Source: Nitrospira sp. (GTDB lineage: Bacteria; Nitrospirota; Nitrospiria; Nitrospirales; Nitrospiraceae). Taken from it: DNA of 64,000 bases. The notes under the pieces were generated by a model, which was not told the origin of the DNA, did no database searches, and saw only the letters and a program-made list of their open reading frames with translations. The stretch covers positions 672,001 to 736,000 of the forward strand of contig AP038806.1 in NCBI GenBank assembly GCA_047150005.1, read 5' to 3'. A program made the translations under genes and the position numbers. Positions within the stretch are counted from its first letter, which is position 1, and every line of letters starts with the position of its first letter. Of this stretch, positions 1-8,480 are shown in pieces.

Positions 1-545
1 GCACGAAATTCATGCAGGGCGCGTGGATCGTCTTTCTCCTCGTAGCCCTGCTGATCATGATGTTTCGGGGCATCCGCTCCCATTACCAAGCCGCGGCCCA
101 ACAAGTATCGTTGTCCCGTGACGCACGGCCGCCTCGGCCGCGCCGTAACCTGGTTCTCATTCCAATCGGCGCGGTCAATAAGGCCGTCCTCCGTGCAGTC
201 GACTATGCCAGGAGCCGGGGTGGCGAGGTGCGTGCCGTGTTGATCGATGTTGATAAGGAGGAAACCGCCCTCGTCGAGATCAAGTGGGCCCAGTGGGGTT
301 GCGGCGTCCCGCTGGTCGTGCTGCCGTCGCCCTATCGGTCGATTCTCCGGGCGCTTCTGGACTATGTCGAAGAAAATCTCGACAAAGATCCCGACTGTTG
401 GATTACCGTGGTCTTGCCGGAGATTCTCCCGGCCCGCTGGTGGCAGAACATCCTGCACAACCAGCGAGCCCTGCTGCTCAAGGCGTCGCTGCTGTTCAAA
501 GACCGCGTCGTCTTGACTGACGTGCCCTTTCATCTGACGAGGTGA
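1..545 (+). CDS. APC-family permease, KimA/YdaO-like potassium transporter, C-terminal part (5' end outside window)
   Basis: Frame is open from the window edge: TKFMQGAW-TM motif followed by the cytoplasmic USP-like tail (LVVLPSPYRSI...PEILPARWWQNILHNQ...TDVPFHL) typical of KimA/YdaO. Confidence 0.8.
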   Translation, partial: TKFMQGAWIVFLLVALLIMMFRGIRSHYQAAAQQVSLSRDARPPRPRRNLVLIPIGAVNKAVLRAVDYARSRGGEVRAVLIDVDKEETALVEIKWAQWGCGVPLVVLPSPYRSILRALLDYVEENLDKDPDCWITVVLPEILPARWWQNILHNQRALLLKASLLFKDRVVLTDVPFHLTR

Positions 546-1675
546 CCATGACACCTGAATCGCCGATCACCGGACGCGACAGGATCCGGCCCGTCCTTCT
601 CACATTCGCGGCGGCCCTCTCCACCTTCATCCTCATGACACACCCGGTCCATGCCTTTAAGATCAAGGAGCCAGCGGAAGGAGCCACACTGACGGCTGGA
701 CGGACCGTCACCGCCCATGTGGATCTGGGAAACGATATCGGCATCGTCAAGGTGCGCTACTATTGGTATCGAGAACACGATGAAACGTTGGTGCAGCAAG
801 ACGAGCTCGACTCGAGTCCCTCGAAATCCGGGGCGAAGATCTCTGTGGACAAGTTTCTCCAGAAGGATTCGGTGGTCGGCGGCGCGGTTGTGGCGGTACC
901 GGTCCTCGTCTCGACGGGCGATCAGGACCCCGCATTTGGAGGAGCCCTGAAGGTCCCATCCGAGGCAATCGGTCCCATGCGGCTCCTGGCAGTGGCCGAG
1001 ATCTCGCGTGGACGCCTGGGCACGAGGACTGTCTTTGATGAGATCATCGTCCCTGTCGAGCCGGGGGCGGCCCTCCAGAATATCGATTTTGAAACCGAAA
1101 AACCGCTCCTCCTCGGGCGAGAGGGTCAATTGGCCACCTATGGACAGGTGGACGTGCTTGGCAAGATCTTCGAACTCCCGGTCGTGGGGGAGTTCGCCGA
1201 CGGGATCACCAGACCGTTGAACACGCCGGCCAGCGGTACGACGTATCAGTCGTCGAATGACAAGGTCGTCCAGGTGTTGCGGGACGGCATGCTGAAGATC
1301 GTGGGGAACGGCAAGACCGTGCTCACGGTGAAGAACAGGGACAAAGAAGCCTCGCTGGATGTCACCGTCGCGGTCGGTGATGAACCGAACGAGCCGCCGG
1401 TGGCCATCGCGGGCGCGAACCGCACCGTCAAGTCGGGCACCAAGATCGAATTGAACGGCTTGAGCAGCCGCGACCCCGAGGGAGAAGCGCTCTTCTATTC
1501 CTGGAGTCAAGTTCGCGGGGCAAAGGTCCCGCTCCTGGACCTCAATATGCCGAAAGCGTCGTTCGTCGCCCCGTTTGTCTCGGAGCCCAAACTCTTCCGC
1601 TTCCGGCTGCGCGTGACGGATAAAAAGGGCGCGGATTCGTTGCCGGCGTTTGTGGACGTGACGGTCGAGCCGTAG
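542..1675 (+). CDS. Exported protein with Ig-like (Big_2) and PKD/K319L-type domains
   Basis: N-terminal signal (…THPVHA); TYQSSNDKVVQV...GKTVLTV Big_2 pattern; NEPPVAIAGANRTV...LNGLSSRDPEGEALFYSWSQV PKD pattern. Confidence 0.7.
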   Translation: MTMTPESPITGRDRIRPVLLTFAAALSTFILMTHPVHAFKIKEPAEGATLTAGRTVTAHVDLGNDIGIVKVRYYWYREHDETLVQQDELDSSPSKSGAKISVDKFLQKDSVVGGAVVAVPVLVSTGDQDPAFGGALKVPSEAIGPMRLLAVAEISRGRLGTRTVFDEIIVPVEPGAALQNIDFETEKPLLLGREGQLATYGQVDVLGKIFELPVVGEFADGITRPLNTPASGTTYQSSNDKVVQVLRDGMLKIVGNGKTVLTVKNRDKEASLDVTVAVGDEPNEPPVAIAGANRTVKSGTKIELNGLSSRDPEGEALFYSWSQVRGAKVPLLDLNMPKASFVAPFVSEPKLFRFRLRVTDKKGADSLPAFVDVTVEP

Positions 1676-1803
1676 CAGGATCTTGAAAAAGGCCGCCGGC
1701 TGCGTTCTCTCATCGCTTAATACCTGCGACGTACGGTTAAAGAGTACGCCTCGGTATCTCGCTCGCTGCGGCCTTGCCGAACGACCTTTTTGAACATCCT
1801 GCT
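1674..1803. mobile_element. MITE/REP-like element of 130 bp with terminal inverted repeats
   Basis: Left end AGCAGGATCTTGAAAAAGG versus reverse complement of the right end AGCAGGATGTTCAAAAAGG (17/19). No ORF inside. Overlaps the upstream stop codon. Confidence 0.7.
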
Positions 1804-2821
1804 CTCGATTTGCTAGTCTTCCCGCAGGGATTCTCACAATAATGATCTTCTCTTTCATTTCTATTGGGGCCGAAACCGGCATGCTTCCCGCAAGTTTCAA
1901 TGACCGCCTAAATGAAATGATGAGCGTCAAATGGGAAGAGATAGCCCAAGAAACACAGGAGGAGTTCTCCAAGAACAGTGCAGATGCAGCTCAAAGAGGG
2001 ATGTTGCACTCGAGTAACACACTAGGCCTTTATCAGAAAAAACGACTGCGGCAGATAAACAAGCGAGTCGAAGCCACCCTGGAGTGCCAAAAGCGGCTGA
2101 TTTCTGCCATGCAGATTCCATTTAGCCAAACGTTAGGTCCCGAGCTCAAGAAGCAAGTCGAAACGTGGGTATCGGACGAATGGTGCGAACAGTCTATACA
2201 ATCTGACCCTGCTTTGGGGTTGGTGAAAGATTGCAAATCTGAGTTTCGCGAAGAAACACTGCAAACAAGAAACACCGCTCTTAAGAAAGCTTCCATTGAA
2301 ATCGACCTACTTGTTGACGGGTTGCGTTCGCAGCAGAACATTCAAATAGCTCCCGCAAGGGAAATGGACCAGAAGTTCAAGATTCTCTTGAGCCCTGGTC
2401 AGGCTGAAAAAGATTTTGCCGAATGGTCTCAACAATTGGGATCTGCGAATGGACAGATTGCTGTGCTCTTTGCAGATCTCGACAATTTTAAGGCTCTCAA
2501 TACCAAATACTCAGAACCCAAAATTGATAAGAGTGTACTCCCTGAAGCTATGCAGATAGTTGAACACCTTACACGACTGCGAGGCGGAGCCTACAAATAC
2601 GGTGGTGACGAGTACGTGCTAATCCTCCCGAATTGTGACGGCATGGAAGGAGCAGCTTTCGCAGAAAAGATTCGTAAATCGTTCGAGCAACACGAATTCA
2701 AGGTCGATACAGACACAGTGGGCGTAACGATATCCATTGGAGTTGCCGTATGGCCTGTTCATGCGGTGACTTATCAAGACCTCTTAACCAAAGCCAGTGA
2801 GGCTAAGACTCAAGCGAAAAT

Positions 2822-3970
2822 TGTATAACTCACGACTTCATCTGACAGACAGCGAGTCCTCACCGGGTTTAGGCCGCTAACATTTTCTCCTTGGCCAGTG
2901 GCACACTATCGAGAAACGTCTGCATCGGTGTCTTGCCATAGCACCAGCGCCCTTGGTGGGGGCGCTGCTCGTTGTACTCCTGGATCCACGCATCCAAGTC
3001 AGCCTGGAGGTCCTCCAGCGTTCGATAGATCTTCTTGCGGAGCGCCACGCGGTAAAACTCGTTCAACATGGTCTTGTGGAACCGTTCACAGATCCCGTTG
3101 GTCTGGGGATGCCGCGTCTTGGTGCGCGTATGATCGATGTTCTCCACGGCCAGATAGAGTTCGTACTCATGGCGCTCCGGAGTTCCACAGTATTCCGTGC
3201 CGCGATCCGTGAGCACACGGTTCAGCGGAATGGCATGCTGCTCGAAGAACGGCAAGACCCGATCATTGAGCAATTCCGCGGCCGTCACCGGCGTCTTGCG
3301 GTCGTACAGCTTCGCAAATCCCACCTTGCTGTAGGTATCGATGAAGGTTTGCTGGTAGATGCGGCCGACGCCCTTCAAGGTGCCGACGTAGAACGTATCC
3401 TGCGCGCCGCAGTAGCCGGGACATTCGCTCTCAAATTCGCCGTGGGCCTCTTTGTCCGCCGTCGCCTTCTCCAGCGCCACGACTTGGGCCTCGGTAAGCA
3501 CCAGTCCCGCTTGGGCTACCTTCGCTTCCAGTGCCTTTAAGCGTTTCCGCATCGTTGCGAGATCATGGCGGAGCCAGATACAGCGCACGCCCGCTGGGGA
3601 GATGGACAGCGCCTGCTTGCGCAGTTCATTCGCCACGCGGGCTTGTCCCCACGCGGGTTGCTCAATAGCGATCTGCACGATGGCCTGTTCCACCTCGGGT
3701 GCCACCCGATTCTTGAGGAGCGGCTTCTGCCGCGAAATCTCTTGAAGCGCGGCCTCGCCGCCGGTCTCGTAGAGTTCCTTGAATCGATAGAAACTATCGC
3801 GGCTATACCCCATCAGCTGGCAGGCTTTGGAGACATTGCCGAGCTGCTTCGCCAGTTCCAGCACGCCGACTTTCGTCTTAATGATCTTTTGTTCCGTCGT
3901 CATGGTCCTCGCTCCTTTCGTGAAGAGGGAGGACTCTAGCTGACTGTCAGATTAAGTTCTAGCTTCCACA
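2822..3970 (-). mobile_element. IS481-family insertion sequence (1149 bp)
   Basis: TGT...ACA ends; imperfect IRs TGTATAACTCACGACTTCATCTGACAG versus TGTGGAAGCTAGAACTTAATCTGACAG; 6-bp target duplication GAAAAT at 2816-2821 and 3971-3976. Confidence 0.95.
2869..3903 (-). CDS. IS481-family transposase
   Basis: N-terminal HTH ([22 protein letters not shown]); rve DDE core ([26 protein letters not shown]). Confidence 0.95.
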   Translation of the reverse strand: MTTEQKIIKTKVGVLELAKQLGNVSKACQLMGYSRDSFYRFKELYETGGEAALQEISRQKPLLKNRVAPEVEQAIVQIAIEQPAWGQARVANELRKQALSISPAGVRCIWLRHDLATMRKRLKALEAKVAQAGLVLTEAQVVALEKATADKEAHGEFESECPGYCGAQDTFYVGTLKGVGRIYQQTFIDTYSKVGFAKLYDRKTPVTAAELLNDRVLPFFEQHAIPLNRVLTDRGTEYCGTPERHEYELYLAVENIDHTRTKTRHPQTNGICERFHKTMLNEFYRVALRKKIYRTLEDLQADLDAWIQEYNEQRPHQGRWCYGKTPMQTFLDSVPLAKEKMLAA

Positions 3971-4119
3971 GAAAATTCAAAAAAATTGCTTCAGAATGGC
4001 TGAGCTTATTGGTGATCAGGAAACGCCGTAACTGAGGAGTGGTTTATTATTGCCCGCTCAGAATCTTGCTGTTTACTTGAACAGAAAATCTCAGTACGGG
4101 CTAAGCCATGATCCAATGG

Positions 4120-5472
4120 TCAATCCTGAATAGTGATTATTTGAGTAACAGAGGCGAGTGGGAAAAAGTCCGGAAGGTAGCTGTCAATCTTTCCATCTTT
4201 CAGGTAGTGATGACCGACCGTTGGAAACAAGTCAGCATCTAAAGAGTACTTAGCATTTGGGTTGTGGAATATTGAGACGCCTTCAGACCAAGCTTCTGTG
4301 CACTTCCCTGCTTCGATATACAATGTGAAATTCCTCGGCACTAAGCTCTTCTCGTCATGATCGTAGCATTTACCGATCCGTACCATTTTTACACCGGAAT
4401 CCCCGAATCCAGCTAACTTCCCCATGCGGTTAAATTTCGAAATGGTTCCGCTGTTGCTAAAAAGCACGGCGCTCACATTCTCGCATTCTGGCTGACGAAA
4501 GAAACCTGAAGGGATCCGCTTTTCACCAAACTCGTGCCAATCGATACTTCGATGTATCACTTCTCCTCCGTCGCCCCCTTCCTTTGTCTCAGCTCTAATT
4601 CCATACAAATACTGCCAAATGAACGGATGAGTCCAGACCATAGAGTGCGGTTGATGAAAGTCTGCAATGGCGAAAATTAAAGGCTTCCCTTTAACATGCT
4701 GTAGCTCCCAATATCGTTTTGGCCTTGCAAGCTTAGAAAACAATGCACTACCAAACTTGATTGCAGCGTAATCAGCTAACTTGGCATGATCTGCCTCAGT
4801 CTCCGGCGAAGCCTGAATAGCCCCATCACCTTGACTCGGGTTTACAGTGACAGCCTCAACGAAAACCGTTTGGTCGTATTTCTCGCACAGGTAATCAGGG
4901 GCTGAAAATCCCCTGTCGATTAAGAATTTGTTCTCGTGAAGGAATGCATAGAGGAATAACTCCCAGAGACGTGCATCGAATGCGGATGTTTGGAACTGTT
5001 GAACATAGTTTCCGTCTGGATCTTCAAAGGAATAGGCAATTTCTGCCATTATTTCTCTAGCCGAAGAGAACCCTCTTCCTTCGGCGAGGTTGCGAAAGCC
5101 CCCATCTAGCTTTTCAGGAGGAACGACTTGCCTAAAAAGTTCGAACTTTTTCTTAATAACCCTGTCGCCCTGGGAAAAAACTTTCTCGCCCGTGATTGAG
5201 TAACGCGACAACTTCAGATGAAGCTCGTTCCTCGCTACCTCAGCGCTAGGACAACTGACGTCTTGATCGATGGCACGGAATAGGGCTCGTTCATCGCGTC
5301 CAAGAATAACCCATCCCCAATCATGATCATGCTTATCCCACGTCAAGACTCCTAGAACATTCTTATCCTGATCGGCATACCATTCTTTTTCTTCGACAAA
5401 GAATTCAACCCCTGGAGATTTTGAAAATGTCAGAGCATCAAACCTTGCCTTTGAAATTGTCTTGGCAGCCAT
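4120..5472 (-). CDS. Hypothetical 450-aa protein with putative PD-(D/E)XK restriction-endonuclease-like core
   Basis: AT-rich. Helix FDARLWELFL followed by SAPDYL...VFVEAVT (PD...ExxT variant). Resembles proteins often auto-labelled 'glycosaminoglycan attachment protein' (from recall). Confidence 0.55.
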   Translation of the reverse strand: MAAKTISKARFDALTFSKSPGVEFFVEEKEWYADQDKNVLGVLTWDKHDHDWGWVILGRDERALFRAIDQDVSCPSAEVARNELHLKLSRYSITGEKVFSQGDRVIKKKFELFRQVVPPEKLDGGFRNLAEGRGFSSAREIMAEIAYSFEDPDGNYVQQFQTSAFDARLWELFLYAFLHENKFLIDRGFSAPDYLCEKYDQTVFVEAVTVNPSQGDGAIQASPETEADHAKLADYAAIKFGSALFSKLARPKRYWELQHVKGKPLIFAIADFHQPHSMVWTHPFIWQYLYGIRAETKEGGDGGEVIHRSIDWHEFGEKRIPSGFFRQPECENVSAVLFSNSGTISKFNRMGKLAGFGDSGVKMVRIGKCYDHDEKSLVPRNFTLYIEAGKCTEAWSEGVSIFHNPNAKYSLDADLFPTVGHHYLKDGKIDSYLPDFFPLASVTQIITIQD

Positions 5473-5637
5473 GAGAGCACCTATGCTTTGCTCAACCGCA
5501 TCGGTCCGTAGGTTCGGCGAGCTTGCTGAAGTTCCTTGATGTGGCGACGGGTTGGTTTCAAGGGTTTGCCCTCACGAGTTCTTTCCCCTATACTTACTTC
5601 GTTGCAAGACGTAGCATCCTAAGCGAAGGAGCCGGTC

Positions 5638-5835
5638 ATGGCAACGCTCACAATCTCTCTCTCAGATGAAGAAATGCGTCGACTGGAAGAACTGAGCAAG
5701 CGCGAAGGTTTGAGCGTGGAGCAGATGGTCCGCCTCGGCATCAATGACTTCATCGGCCAGGCAGACGAGTCCTTCCATATCGCGGCACGGCGCGTCATGG
5801 AGAAGAACGCCGAACTGTATCGCCGCCTCTCGTGA
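5638..5835 (+). CDS. Antitoxin, ribbon-helix-helix/CopG type (Phd-like partner)
   Basis: 65 aa, beta-helix-helix start (LTISLSDEEMRRLEELSKREGLS); C-terminal KNAELYRRL; GTGA overlap with doc. Confidence 0.8.
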   Translation: MATLTISLSDEEMRRLEELSKREGLSVEQMVRLGINDFIGQADESFHIAARRVMEKNAELYRRLS

Positions 5836-6224
5836 CCCGGTATCTTTCCCTCGCTGAAGTTTTGGAACTCCACAGGTCTGTCATCCAACGCTGGGGTGGC
5901 GCCAGCGGGATTCGAGACCTCGGCGCGCTGGAGTCTGCCCTCGCACAGCCACGTCAGAGCTTTGCCGGACAGGATCTCTATCCTGATATCACGAGCAAAG
6001 CAGCGGCCATCTGCTTTTCGCTAGTACTCAACCACCCATTCGTCGATGGCAACAAGAGAATTGGCCATGCTGCGATGGAAACATTCCTCATGCTCAACGG
6101 TCACGAGCTCCATGCGTCTGTCGACGAGCAAGAACGTGTAGTGCTGGACTTGGCTGCGGGAAATCTTACCCGCGACACGTTTGTGGAGTGGGTCACACAA
6201 CACATTGTCCCAACGAGACAGTAA
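5832..6224 (+). CDS. doc: Death-on-curing (Fic/Doc) family toxin
   Basis: HPFVDGNKRIG Doc motif; GIRDLGALESAL N-terminal motif. Confidence 0.9.
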   Translation: MTRYLSLAEVLELHRSVIQRWGGASGIRDLGALESALAQPRQSFAGQDLYPDITSKAAAICFSLVLNHPFVDGNKRIGHAAMETFLMLNGHELHASVDEQERVVLDLAAGNLTRDTFVEWVTQHIVPTRQ

Positions 6225-6247
6225 CCTCATCCGCATCATCCAACATT

Positions 6248-7816
6248 TCACACTTTCCCCAGTCTCACTGGCCCGTAGGTTTGGCGGGCTTGCTGGAGTT
6301 CTTTGATGTGCTTTCGAAGAGCCGGGCCGAACGTTGAACGAAGAACAGCATCCCGGTGGCGGGTAATGCGCTGTTCGGCTTCGGCAATCGCCTCTTCGAG
6401 TTGCCCGACGAGCCTGGCGCCCGACCCGGTGAGCCATTTGAGATGCCGTCCCGCATAGTCGAGATCCTGCATCGAGTACCGGACCGACTCGATTTCTTCG
6501 AGGCAGCGGAAGCGCGCGCGCAACAGATCGCGCGGCGTAAGTCCGGCCTCCTTCCACTGTTTTGAACCTTTCTTCGTTTCCGCCCAGGCGGACAATCGCT
6601 CAAAGAGAAGCGCGCCCATCGTGAACGTGAACGTGGCGTGCAGGATGCCGCGGATCGGCCGCAGGCTGCGCCGCCACGGCGAGTAAAAGATCTGCTGATT
6701 GCGGTCGCCGCGGTACATGACGTGTTTGCGGAGCAATAAGTTCAGGTGGTGATGGCTGTTTTCGTGGATCAGATCGTCGATCAGGTCCAGATTGTCGCGG
6801 TCGAAACAATTGATGAAGGACAGTCCAGGTCGGTGACGATAGCTGAAACTCACGACACCTTTGGCGTGCAGAGGAATCACCCGCGAGGTGAGCAAGGCCA
6901 GAACCTCGTGGCCTTCCGGCCATGCGCGCCGAATTGTCTGCCAGGCTCGGCCGATGCGCTTCACCTGGCGAGGATGCGTCAATCTCACCGCCCGAGGTTG
7001 ACGATCTCTGTCATAGCGTAACGTCGGGCCGACGATAGGGGGCCGTTGCAGCGCGTCGGTCGCTGTGGCCGCCGCTCCTTTTGTCCAATGCCACTCGATG
7101 CCATCGTCGTGGAGTGTACAGATGGGGAAACGGTTCCTCTTCTTGAGGATGATTCTGCCTTGGTCGACCTCGAACGTGACGGGCCGTGCAGACCGGCGAA
7201 CAGCCAGGACTGCGGAGCGGGGAACGATCAGTGCATCTCCCGCTATCCCGCTCGGAACGGTCCATGCCGACTCCGCTCGCTCAAAATGCTGATCCAAGGT
7301 TCCCTGCACCTCCCAGGGATCCATTCTCTGTTGTCTGGTCCACTGGATCGCCCATCGAGGGTCGAAGAACAACGATTCCTGCGTCACCTCGCCCGCCAAC
7401 CTCGCACAGAGCCATTGCAGTCTGATGCCTAATCTTTTCGGCTGCTTGTGTCCCTGCGGAAACAGCTCGTCCAGATAGCTGTTCTCGAAAAACTTTTGTT
7501 CACATTCTGCAAAGAGCTGTTCGGCAAAGTCACGCGGATCGCGTTCCTTGCCGATTTGCTGAAGGAGGTCCAGAAAATACACCAGATCGTTGAGCGTCTC
7601 GATCCATCCCACGACTTTCCAGTTACAAAACGCGCGGTCTTCAAACGCATGGGCTACAAAATGGAAGTAGCCCACCGGCAGACTGAACTGCCTTGACAGC
7701 TGAGCATAGTCGACGGCGAGATCTCGGCACAGATCCAAGAGCAGCCGTTTCATGGATCGCCGGAATTCACCCTGCAAACCGGAGAGTGCGGCGGCATCAA
7801 ACAATGGTGTGGTCAT
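6248..7816 (-). CDS. HExxH-motif domain protein (aKG-HExxH peptide-modifying enzyme family)
   Basis: DDLIHENSHHHL and YSPWRRSLRPIRGILHATFTF match the HExxH ... SPWR-x-x-x-RP-x-x-G-x-LHA signature; C-terminal LTGSG helix. Confidence 0.75.
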   Translation of the reverse strand: MTTPLFDAAALSGLQGEFRRSMKRLLLDLCRDLAVDYAQLSRQFSLPVGYFHFVAHAFEDRAFCNWKVVGWIETLNDLVYFLDLLQQIGKERDPRDFAEQLFAECEQKFFENSYLDELFPQGHKQPKRLGIRLQWLCARLAGEVTQESLFFDPRWAIQWTRQQRMDPWEVQGTLDQHFERAESAWTVPSGIAGDALIVPRSAVLAVRRSARPVTFEVDQGRIILKKRNRFPICTLHDDGIEWHWTKGAAATATDALQRPPIVGPTLRYDRDRQPRAVRLTHPRQVKRIGRAWQTIRRAWPEGHEVLALLTSRVIPLHAKGVVSFSYRHRPGLSFINCFDRDNLDLIDDLIHENSHHHLNLLLRKHVMYRGDRNQQIFYSPWRRSLRPIRGILHATFTFTMGALLFERLSAWAETKKGSKQWKEAGLTPRDLLRARFRCLEEIESVRYSMQDLDYAGRHLKWLTGSGARLVGQLEEAIAEAEQRITRHRDAVLRSTFGPALRKHIKELQQARQTYGPVRLGKV

Positions 7817-7843
7817 GCGGAGTCTCCGTTAGGACGACGCGTG

Positions 7844-7873
7844 ACTGTACCGAAGGCTAGAACGATCGTGCAA
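7844..7873 (-). promoter_or_regulatory. Putative sigma70 promoter of the HExxH gene
   Basis: Minus strand reads TTGCAC-N18-TACAGT, about 28 nt upstream of the ATG. Confidence 0.4.
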
Positions 7874-7937
7874 GGACACCCGGCCGGCCAGCGGAGGCAG
7901 GGAACGGATGAAGGGGCGGAAACGTGCCGCTCTTTTG

Positions 7938-8153
7938 CTAAGCGGGCATTTTATCGGAACGGAGGATGACCGGTGAGAGGCCCTTGACCTTCAGCCAGGA
8001 ATCCCTGAGGCCGCGATGCTGTTGAATCAGTTGATCGATGATGTTTCCGCACGACACACAACGCCAACCTCTCATCCACATTGGAATACTGCTCTCCTGC
8101 ATGTCGATCAAGTCGTCAGGGACCATGAGTCCTTCACATCTTGTGCAATGCAT
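7938..8153 (-). CDS. Small zinc-ribbon protein (CxxC...CxxC)
   Basis: MHCTRCEGLM...WRCVSCGN, with an upstream GGAGG RBS. Confidence 0.7.
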   Translation of the reverse strand: MHCTRCEGLMVPDDLIDMQESSIPMWMRGWRCVSCGNIIDQLIQQHRGLRDSWLKVKGLSPVILRSDKMPA

Positions 8154-8250
8154 GGTCTGCCTCCCTCATGGATGATCGATGTACACTGACTTCCTTATGC
8201 GCAGTTGCGTGCATACCAGCGCACGATATCGCCCGATGCCGTGAACTGGA

Positions 8251-8266
8251 AGCAATCAGGATGCCA
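8251..8266 (-). promoter_or_regulatory. Sigma54 (RpoN) -24/-12 promoter
   Basis: Minus strand TGGCAT-CCTGA-TTGCT with correct GG-N10-GC spacing, about 100 nt upstream of the Zn-ribbon gene. Confidence 0.65.
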
Positions 8267-8480
8267 CGTGCCTGTCCGGTAGACTTGCCAGTTTTTCCGG
8301 CCGATCGTAGAGTGCCCCACCCGGACATGCACAGATCGGTCTGTCAGACGACCGATTTCGCCCTCTAACGCCCCAGGATGGCAAACGTCGGCATGAGGGG
8401 TTCCACGTATACTGGGCACACGCGGCTGGATCTGACAAACTGAAGGATATTTCCTGCAGAACACACCAGCGATAGGCACC

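Larger units (their letters stand above)
1842..4031 (+). pseudogene. Divergent GGDEF-domain protein interrupted near its C-terminus by IS481 (present ORF 1842-2828; original tail 3977-4031)
   Basis: ADLDNFKALN...YKYGGDEY...VTISIGVA. Removing the IS and one TSD restores ...AKTQAKIQKNCFRMAELIGDQETP* in frame. Confidence 0.8.

Noticed and set aside
530..1972. Long antisense ORFs (e.g. 530-1972, 8256-9821, 14532-16742, 34862-36745, 61792-63849)
   Set aside because: Shadow frames opposite well-supported genes in GC-rich DNA, with no recognisable motifs.
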